DNA of 64,000 bases from contig CAVCBR010000004.1 of the NCBI GenBank assembly GCA_963600695.1, positions 135-64,134 of the forward strand, given 5' to 3'. This DNA is from a bacterium (GTDB lineage: Bacteria > Bacteroidota > Bacteroidia > Bacteroidales > Muribaculaceae). Under the pieces are notes generated by a model. It was given only the letters and a program-made list of their open reading frames with translations, had not been told where the DNA came from and ran no database searches. Shown piece by piece: positions 56,819 to 64,000 of this stretch (positions are counted from its first letter, which is position 1; each line of letters starts with the position of its first letter). The position numbers and the translations under genes were made by a program.

Positions 56819-58901
56819 AATCCTCAATGAAAACTCTCGGCGCAACGATGAGCTTTTCAGGCATTTCAACCCCATCACCGGTGAAGGTTCCATCGGTGAG
56901 CGCGTCAAAGTCTCCATCTCTGACTTCGCAATCCCCACTCAATGGTTGCCTGTTGATATGTTGCGCATACCGCTCGTGAAAAAACTTGTCGCCGCAGGCT
57001 CCATACAAAAGTTCTTGTCTGACGATTTCGGCGTGACGCCCAACGATGACGATTATACAAAAGTCTCTCGCACACTCATCCGCCTGCGCTTCAAGCACGA
57101 TTTTCCATTTTGGGCTGCCACTCTTGTTAAAATCAAAAACAAAGGTGCCGGTGGCGATGTTCTCTTTCGCCTGCGCTACCCTCAGCGTTTGCTCGTCTCT
57201 CGCTTCGAAGACAAACGCCGCGACAACAAACCCATTCGCCTCGTGCTCCTCAAAGCTCGTCAGTGGGGCGGATCTACAACCACCCAAATATATATGGCGT
57301 GGTTGCAATTTTTTCACAAACAGGGACTAAACTCTCTAATCATCGCTCATCAAGGCTCGGCTTCTGACGAAATCAAAGATATGTTCGACCGTATGATCAA
57401 CGACTATCCTCTCGAGTTTCTTCACGAGCTTGGCGACTCTTATGCTGACAATGAACCAAAAATGGTCTCCGTCGGCAAATCGGGTTCAACATCGCGCGTT
57501 CCTCAGCGTAACTGCAAAATTAAAATCGGCTCTGCCGAACGTCCTGACGCCTGTCGTGGCGGCGATTATTCTCTCGTACATCTCTCCGAGGTCGGACTGT
57601 GGCGCAAGACCGATGGCAAATCTCCCGAAGACATCGTCCGCTCGGCATGCTCGGGTATCCTTTTGCAACCGCTCACAATGATTGTCATGGAGTCAACCGC
57701 CAACGGCACCGGCAACTTCTTCCACTCAGAATACAAAGCCGCCGCCGACCCAAACATAAAATCACAATTTGATGCCTTGTTTATTCCTTGGTTTCTCATT
57801 GAACAGTATCGCATACCCTTCTCCTCGCAAGATAAAGCTCGCGAATTTGCCTATCAGCTATTTCTTAATCGCAACAATGACAACACCCCCTCACAACGCC
57901 AAGAGTCTGGCAAATACCTATGGTGGCTGTGGCAAAAGGGTGCGTCACTCGAAGCCATTAATTGGTACATTGAGGAACGTGCAGGCAAAAACGACCATGC
58001 CGTTATGGCTTCGGAATACCCCTCAGACGACATCGAAGCTTTTGTCCACTCGGGCTCTATGGTCTTCGATAAATATCTTGTAGAACGCTTTCGACCCGAC
58101 TGTAAGCCCGCGCGTTTCATCGGAGAACTCTCGGCAAAGGCTGACGAAGGCTCCCTCGCTCTGTCTGACATTCATTTCACCGCCGACAATCAAGGACTAC
58201 TGCATATTTGGACTCTGCCAGAAAAAGACAACGACTCCTTTGTCTCCGACAGATACCTCACCATTGTAGATGTTGGTGGCAGATCTGCCGCCGCCGACTG
58301 GTCTGTCGTTCTCGTGATCGACCGCATAAATATGATTGACGGTCTTCCGCCGGCTGTCGTTGCACAATGGTATGGTCACTGCGATATCGACCGCCTCGCG
58401 TGGAAAGCAGCACAAATCGCCGCTTTCTATAACAACTCCCTGCTCGTTATCGAAAGCAACACCCTCGAAACCCATGACCGCGAACGACAAATCGAGGGCG
58501 GCGACCAATCACTATATATCTTAAATCAAATATCAAACATATATCCAAACCTATATGCCCGTCGGCAGTCCGAAGACGAAATACGACAAGGACTACCTCG
58601 CAAATACGGCTTTCATACAAACATCGCCACAAAGCCAATGGTCATCTCCACCCTTATTCGTGTCGTTCGCGAACATCTGTACACCGAGCGTGACACTCGT
58701 TGCCTTGATGAGCTTCTTGTCTACGAACGCAAACAAAATGGTGCCTATGGTGCCATCGACGGACATCACGACGACCTACTCATGACCCGCGCCATCGGCT
58801 TGCACATCTGCTTCCACGAAATGGACACCCCTAAAATTCTTCCCGTCAACAAACCTGCATCACCACACAAATCACCTCTCGTCTCCGAAGCCGTCTTCTA
58901 A
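56778..58901 (+). CDS. Terminase large subunit
   Basis: LKARQWGGST, HLSE, MESTANG, VDVGG, IESN, HDDLLM. Confidence 0.93.
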   Translation: MAGMTTDISQIINKILNENSRRNDELFRHFNPITGEGSIGERVKVSISDFAIPTQWLPVDMLRIPLVKKLVAAGSIQKFLSDDFGVTPNDDDYTKVSRTLIRLRFKHDFPFWAATLVKIKNKGAGGDVLFRLRYPQRLLVSRFEDKRRDNKPIRLVLLKARQWGGSTTTQIYMAWLQFFHKQGLNSLIIAHQGSASDEIKDMFDRMINDYPLEFLHELGDSYADNEPKMVSVGKSGSTSRVPQRNCKIKIGSAERPDACRGGDYSLVHLSEVGLWRKTDGKSPEDIVRSACSGILLQPLTMIVMESTANGTGNFFHSEYKAAADPNIKSQFDALFIPWFLIEQYRIPFSSQDKAREFAYQLFLNRNNDNTPSQRQESGKYLWWLWQKGASLEAINWYIEERAGKNDHAVMASEYPSDDIEAFVHSGSMVFDKYLVERFRPDCKPARFIGELSAKADEGSLALSDIHFTADNQGLLHIWTLPEKDNDSFVSDRYLTIVDVGGRSAAADWSVVLVIDRINMIDGLPPAVVAQWYGHCDIDRLAWKAAQIAAFYNNSLLVIESNTLETHDRERQIEGGDQSLYILNQISNIYPNLYARRQSEDEIRQGLPRKYGFHTNIATKPMVISTLIRVVREHLYTERDTRCLDELLVYERKQNGAYGAIDGHHDDLLMTRAIGLHICFHEMDTPKILPVNKPASPHKSPLVSEAVF

Positions 58902-58910
58902 TTCTACCTT

Positions 58911-60857
58911 TTACTGAAGCATCTGTCGGGCTTTGCCCACTGCCACCATATCCGCGCCGGCTTGCGCTCGCTGTGCAAGTTCCGGCGACACGCCTTCGGG
59001 CATCTTGCCTTGCTCCATCTGCTCTTTCTGCGATTGTATGCTTTGCAACAGCTCATCGGCAAATGGAAAATTACCATGCTCCAATAGTTGCTCCACGCTT
59101 ATTGCCTGCGCCTGCCACAGCTGCATCAGTATATCATTTGTCATCATTCTATATGCCGGCGTTGCCGTGCTCTCGACTATCGACAAATCAAACTCCACAT
59201 CGCGTATCTTCTGCGGATCATACTCCACAATCCCGGCATTCTTGCCGGCTATGTTAAACACTCGCGGCGTATCATAAAATTGCTGTATATTCTTGACATC
59301 TTTGTATGCCCCCTCGCGCACAAACGCCGAGAACGTGTCCAACAAGTCCAATAACGATGTTGCCGCATTCTGTGCCTGCTGACTATACAGACTCGCCGAC
59401 ATCCCCGAATATCCGGGTTTGCCCTGCAAGGCGCCATTGACCCCTGATATGTCCTCAAAAAACTTCAATTGGATATTCAGCAATTCGGTGATGCCGATAT
59501 GCGTGCAGTTGTTGGCTATCTGCTGTGGCAACGCCGTGCCGGTCTTGGGCTGACGTATCATTATCACTCCGTTAAAACGTGCCCAATCGTCAGCCACATC
59601 TTCCATACTCATACCCTGCGGCAGACATTCTTCCGGAAACAACAACACGCCCTTGGCGCTTGCTCGCATTATCCAATCATACATCGTGATCAGACGATTG
59701 GTATATCTCTGCTGATCTATAACGTTAGACACAAACGAGTGTATCTCTCCATCGATAAACGGATATGCCTTAAATACATAAGGGTGACTCTTATGCTCGT
59801 ATGGCGTTTCTCCCTCTTCCAAAATATCTCCGAATGGCGACAACATATAGTAATACCAATACGTATCCATAAACCACTCATACCTTATCAGCGGTACTTC
59901 CTCTGCGTCTATCCCCAATTCTGCCGCCATCACCATACGCTTGCGGTTCTCGCTTGCCACCATCTCCTCAAAGTCCTCGATGTCTATCTTATAAACATCG
60001 CCATTGTTTATATCATGGCATCGCACACGCGGCTTGCTCTCCTTGCGCCACACCTCGATGACGCGACAACGCGTGATGTCATAGGGCACCAAAAAATCAT
60101 ACCGCCCTTGCAACGGATAGCCGAAGTTATCAAAAGCACCCCCCAAATACGTCTTATCCTTGGCGTGGGCATACATCTCTGACAAACGCCGATAATCATT
60201 CTCGTCATGCGCAAACCGTCCGCACAATTCCTCAAATGATATGTCATGCACCTCTCCCACACAATTACAATCCCAACCGCGAAAGTCTCGCATATTGTTG
60301 TCAATGAAAAAGTTGTTGGGTTGTACATAGTCCGTCCAACAGTCCAGTTTGTTATCACGCCAACCATACCATTTGCGCTGCACGACAAAACCCGAAATCA
60401 AAAATTCCTCCATACAACGCGCGTTTATCTCCGTCATGCGGTTCAACTGCATATTGCATTGCAACACCGTCGACATCGTTTCACCATACTGTTGCTCATC
60501 GCGATCTCGCGCCGTGCACGTAGGCTCTTTCGCCTGACTGCGATACACACCCAACACTGCTTGCACCATACGGCGTATCAAATTATTCTTCAAGGGCACA
60601 TTCCCCTGACTTCTTATCCAATCCTCTTCCTTCATACGCTTGCCGTCAATACAGATATAATCCTCCCACTGACGTCCATAGGTGTAGTTCTTATTGCGCT
60701 CGCGGTCTTGGCGAAACGTTTCCATCGCCATCCAATACTGACGCGCCTGCCACAACACCGCTATCGCCCGGCTGTCGCCCAAACGCTTGGAATACTCCAC
60801 GCTGTCCATCCCTGCCGGCATCACTCGGCTGACTCTATGTAGTTTGTTCTCTGTCAT
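58911..60857 (-). CDS. Portal protein (P22-like)
   Basis: Y.YG.QW, N.IRR.V..V.G, IDQQR..NR, ISGVN.A.QG. Confidence 0.85.
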   Translation of the reverse strand: MTENKLHRVSRVMPAGMDSVEYSKRLGDSRAIAVLWQARQYWMAMETFRQDRERNKNYTYGRQWEDYICIDGKRMKEEDWIRSQGNVPLKNNLIRRMVQAVLGVYRSQAKEPTCTARDRDEQQYGETMSTVLQCNMQLNRMTEINARCMEEFLISGFVVQRKWYGWRDNKLDCWTDYVQPNNFFIDNNMRDFRGWDCNCVGEVHDISFEELCGRFAHDENDYRRLSEMYAHAKDKTYLGGAFDNFGYPLQGRYDFLVPYDITRCRVIEVWRKESKPRVRCHDINNGDVYKIDIEDFEEMVASENRKRMVMAAELGIDAEEVPLIRYEWFMDTYWYYYMLSPFGDILEEGETPYEHKSHPYVFKAYPFIDGEIHSFVSNVIDQQRYTNRLITMYDWIMRASAKGVLLFPEECLPQGMSMEDVADDWARFNGVIMIRQPKTGTALPQQIANNCTHIGITELLNIQLKFFEDISGVNGALQGKPGYSGMSASLYSQQAQNAATSLLDLLDTFSAFVREGAYKDVKNIQQFYDTPRVFNIAGKNAGIVEYDPQKIRDVEFDLSIVESTATPAYRMMTNDILMQLWQAQAISVEQLLEHGNFPFADELLQSIQSQKEQMEQGKMPEGVSPELAQRAQAGADMVAVGKARQMLQ

Positions 60858-60874
60858 CTCTATTTGTTTTTGTG

Positions 60875-60912
60875 CAAATGTAATCCCTCCTCGCCTCCCT
60901 CGCTTTTTATCT
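60875..60912 (-). promoter_or_regulatory. Putative phage late promoter (copy 4)
   Basis: AGATAAAA-N22-TACATTTG on the minus strand. Confidence 0.6.
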
Positions 60913-63900
60913 ATTGCGCCTTATCCTGCCAACATCTTCAAGCATCTTGTCACGAGTGTTAAACATTAGCCTTACTATTGAGTCTCGCTCAGACTCATCC
61001 TTTGTTCGTAAATACTCGTCTGTCAGATCCTTTATGTCGTGCTTATACTGACGAACTCGCAAATGCTCGCGTTTGTCATACTTATTGAGCAGTTCTCTCT
61101 TTCGTTGCCAATACGCAGCATTATCCGTATCTTTTAAGGCTTTTAGCTCTCGCTCCTCTTTGTTATACTCGTCATAATCCGCCAACAACTGCTTGACATC
61201 TTTGCTTTGCACTTCTGATACTGCCCACGTCTTACCTTCACGTATCTCGTTGACATCATCGACAAATGCTTTCTTCGTTTGGTTTAGCTCAAGTTCAAGC
61301 GCCTTGGTTTCCTCGTCAGATTTTGCGTTGCTCAAATCCTTATTGATGTCGTCAATGACACCCGAATACGCCTCATAAACTTCCATTATCCTATACTCCG
61401 GCGAATTTTCTATACCGGATATCTTCTCTGAATAGTCTGTGATACCATTTTCAGTGTCATGTCTGTAATGGTTCAACCGTCCACGCAATGCCTCGCTCTC
61501 ATCTTTTATCTTATAATACTCGCTATTGGCTTTTCGATACTTGGTTCTCTCATCGTCTTGTTTCACAAATCGATTAAGAAGTAAGAAGTTGCGAGGATTA
61601 TACTCTCTGTCGCCAAAGGCTGTTTCACCCATCTTTGCGGCTTTGTCCGCTGTCGCAAACCTACCGCCAAAGAAACCGTTCAACAAGTATTCCACCTGCG
61701 CGGGGTTTATGTCAATCATTCCGCTTGTATAATCATCACCGCCGGTAACCTCGTTCAGTGCCCTTGACAAACCAACCAAGTATTTGTTGGTGCTCTTGTA
61801 TGCCTTTGTCCATTCAGGCTTATCCTTATTATAATCTGTGTCCTTATATATTGGTTGCCCCGTCCAACTTTCATTTGACAGCACATCTGCAACAGGCTTT
61901 ATACTACTCGGCACAAACGCTTTGAGTCCTCCATTGCCCTCCATAAAGTCAACAGGCAATACCTGACTCACTTGACATGCTATTTGATGCGCGAGTTCTC
62001 CATTCGTATAATGCTCCTTGCCACTCATCACACTCATAATTAATTCACCCATGCCGTATGCAACTCGGTCTTCAACCGGCAAGGGTATGCTTATCCATGA
62101 GTTATCCATGCCGGGCACACGGAATATGATGTTACTTCTGCGTTCATTTTCCGGTCGATTATAGTAGGCATTTTCATCATCGTCATCACCACCAAACATA
62201 AAAGCACCACAGTAAGCCGCCAACGAGCCAAGCATAAACATTATTGCGGTTCTTGCCGTGGCTTTCACCGGGTGTCGCTTATACTGCCTGCCATAGTTGA
62301 CTGTGCCTTGAATGGCAGCATTCCAAAATACTATAAATTGCCGTCCATAGCCTGATGTAAATGCAGCCACATTACCTAACGCAGTCTGACCTGTCTCGCC
62401 CATAAATTTTGCGCCACTGCCTTTCTTGTTAAAGTTTACACTTATCTCCTTTGCATCATAAATACTTCGATCTATCGAGCGTCCCATTTGCCGTGATGTC
62501 ATAAAGGCGGCAAAACGTGCGCTGTTCTCTGCGGCTCGGTTAAACTCGTCAAACCACTCCCAAAAGAATTTCCACGCTCTCTTGACCGGTATTTGCTCAT
62601 TATATTTCTGCAATTCTCGTTTTATGTCATTCTTTCGCTTCTCCATATCACGAATGCTGACATAACCCGTCTCCCCGCCATTCATCATAAACTGATAAAA
62701 CATCTTCTCCGTCTCATTGTCCATGTCAAGCGTTCCTTTGCGAAATTTCGCAATCAACATCTTCATCGTGACAGGACTCACCTTTGCAAAGTTTCTATTA
62801 AAACGCAAAGCATATTTAGGGCTTTCCTTCACCCACACCATTGTATTGGAATACAGCATATCACGCATAAAGTTCGATGCTATAAAGTCCGGATTACGCG
62901 TGGTGTAGTTCTCTGCCATAAACCGATTGAGTCTTCCTACGCTATTCACCAACAATTTCCCAATTGTACCTGAAAAATCATTATCCGGGTTAGTTTGACC
63001 ATTCAACGCCTGTGCCGCTCTCGGATTACCATTAATGGTAAGAATATAGTCCTTGCCATTGCGCTTCACCAACACTTGGTGCTGTCTGAGGTCGCGACTC
63101 TCAATAACTTTGTATGGTATCGCCGGATTGTCCTTTTGCCGTTTATAGTGATCGGGATCTGCCTGTGCCGCCTGTTCCATTGCTTCCTCGAAGTCGCGCA
63201 TCTTACGCTTCACTTCTGCCGGGCTGTCGTCATCCTCTATGGCTTCCGTGCCTCGCAGATCACCGGTATTGATGGGACGCCACTCTCCGGCGGCATCATC
63301 ATACCGCAACCAAAGGTCACTCACACTCACAAGATCACTCGGGTGATTAAGCACAAAATTAAAGAACTTTTGCTTCACCAACTTATTGCGGTTACCCTGC
63401 ATTATTGCGCTCTCTGCCATAGCCTCCATATTCGCAAACGGATCATCTGCCTTACTCTTGCGCCCCTTGGCGGTCTTGATGGGCGAATTAAAAGCACTGT
63501 GTCTGTCTGACAAATAAGCATAAGCCTCACTGCTCGTCTTTTCGGCAAAACCACGCAGAGGAATATAGTGCTCATACATGCCTTTTATGTTGTCGTATGT
63601 CGTTTTGTCTATCAATCCGCACTCGTGCATCTTTGACAGCGTGGCTCCGGTAACGGCATTCACATCCTTCCATAAGTCATCTGTCTTATGGGTATTCTCA
63701 TAATCGTTAACCATTCGCACCGCTTCAAGTTCTGCCTCGGCAACATTCCCTAATCCTGTCAATGCGGTAAGCCCGGCATAATCGCGATTGCGATTTTTAA
63801 GATACAACTCTTCCTCACGGTCATATACATCTTTTTCTACCTTGTCAAGCATACTTTTTGAACCGGATTGCTCTGCTTTGCGCAACTCATCTTTAAACTC

Positions 63901-64000
63901 CTCTTTGGCTCGCTTCTCAGCATCTCGACGTGCCATAACCTCATTGCGTTCCAGTCCGTGTTTTGCCATCATATAGTCGATCAGCTTGCCTCGTCCTTTT
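60907..64000 (-). CDS. Large polyvalent/ejection protein, LPD38-type C-terminus (5' end outside window)
   Basis: HYIPLRG, NPDF...NF.RD, AKEISVNFNKKG, FWNAAIQG, N.SWTG.PI; frame open to the window edge. Confidence 0.75.
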   Translation of the reverse strand, partial: KGRGKLIDYMMAKHGLERNEVMARRDAEKRAKEEFKDELRKAEQSGSKSMLDKVEKDVYDREEELYLKNRNRDYAGLTALTGLGNVAEAELEAVRMVNDYENTHKTDDLWKDVNAVTGATLSKMHECGLIDKTTYDNIKGMYEHYIPLRGFAEKTSSEAYAYLSDRHSAFNSPIKTAKGRKSKADDPFANMEAMAESAIMQGNRNKLVKQKFFNFVLNHPSDLVSVSDLWLRYDDAAGEWRPINTGDLRGTEAIEDDDSPAEVKRKMRDFEEAMEQAAQADPDHYKRQKDNPAIPYKVIESRDLRQHQVLVKRNGKDYILTINGNPRAAQALNGQTNPDNDFSGTIGKLLVNSVGRLNRFMAENYTTRNPDFIASNFMRDMLYSNTMVWVKESPKYALRFNRNFAKVSPVTMKMLIAKFRKGTLDMDNETEKMFYQFMMNGGETGYVSIRDMEKRKNDIKRELQKYNEQIPVKRAWKFFWEWFDEFNRAAENSARFAAFMTSRQMGRSIDRSIYDAKEISVNFNKKGSGAKFMGETGQTALGNVAAFTSGYGRQFIVFWNAAIQGTVNYGRQYKRHPVKATARTAIMFMLGSLAAYCGAFMFGGDDDDENAYYNRPENERRSNIIFRVPGMDNSWISIPLPVEDRVAYGMGELIMSVMSGKEHYTNGELAHQIACQVSQVLPVDFMEGNGGLKAFVPSSIKPVADVLSNESWTGQPIYKDTDYNKDKPEWTKAYKSTNKYLVGLSRALNEVTGGDDYTSGMIDINPAQVEYLLNGFFGGRFATADKAAKMGETAFGDREYNPRNFLLLNRFVKQDDERTKYRKANSEYYKIKDESEALRGRLNHYRHDTENGITDYSEKISGIENSPEYRIMEVYEAYSGVIDDINKDLSNAKSDEETKALELELNQTKKAFVDDVNEIREGKTWAVSEVQSKDVKQLLADYDEYNKEERELKALKDTDNAAYWQRKRELLNKYDKREHLRVRQYKHDIKDLTDEYLRTKDESERDSIVRLMFNTRDKMLEDVGRIRRNR

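Larger units (their letters stand above)
28570..64000. mobile_element. Temperate Bacteroidales prophage (left boundary approximate; continues past window end)
   Basis: Repressor/cro switch, xis-like HTH, RecT module, lysis cassette, capsid, terminase, portal; abrupt change from host genes after 28513. Confidence 0.93.

Noticed and set aside
163..63976. Numerous short antisense or alternate-frame ORFs in the track
   Set aside because: They are shadows of well-supported genes and have no motifs or independent expression signals.
1..64000. CRISPR array or cas genes
   Set aside because: No regularly spaced direct repeats or Cas-like ORFs seen.
28570..64000. Stop-codon reassignment as in some gut Bacteroidales phages
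   Set aside because: Structural and lysis genes are full length in code 11, and TAG, TGA and TAA all act as stops.
28570..64000. Complete DGR (TR, RT, Avd) or invertase shufflon at the tail fibres
   Set aside because: No RT or recombinase ORF, no AAY-rich template copy and no inverted fibre cassettes in the window.

Overview
Bacteroidales chromosome, probably Muribaculaceae-like (inferred from TAnnTTTG promoters and the style of the T9SS C-terminal sorting domains). Positions 1-28.5 kb are host: GNAT, rpsF-rpsR-rplI, mltG, a cobalamin-riboswitch operon (btuB, btuG, btuH-like, plus three T9SS-secreted proteins), a CPA2 antiporter, pgk, a stand-alone GH13 amylase and an alpha-2-macroglobulin. 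From about 28.57 kb to the window end lies a temperate prophage that looks short-tailed. It carries an accessory/repressor operon, a cro-like switch, an AAA-RecT-MBL recombination module, replication genes, a C5 methyltransferase, tail, lysis and head genes, terminase, portal and a giant LPD38-type protein cut by the window edge; no integrase is in view. The most notable signals are: (1) a 91-nt tRNA-shaped RNA with CCA but an 18-nt anticodon loop, one of several structured intergenic RNAs in the early operon; (2) an early gene with a DGR variable-repeat signature and downstream hairpin but no TR/RT in the window; (3) a phage-specific promoter motif, A(C/G)(T/A)TAAAA-N22-TAnnTTTG, at four sites, with a candidate activator; (4) a 49-aa minigene that duplicates the N-terminal arm of the major capsid protein; (5) three gene remnants (replication initiator, HU, dUTPase) recording mosaic exchange or decay. 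All calls were made by eye from motifs; no database searches were run.
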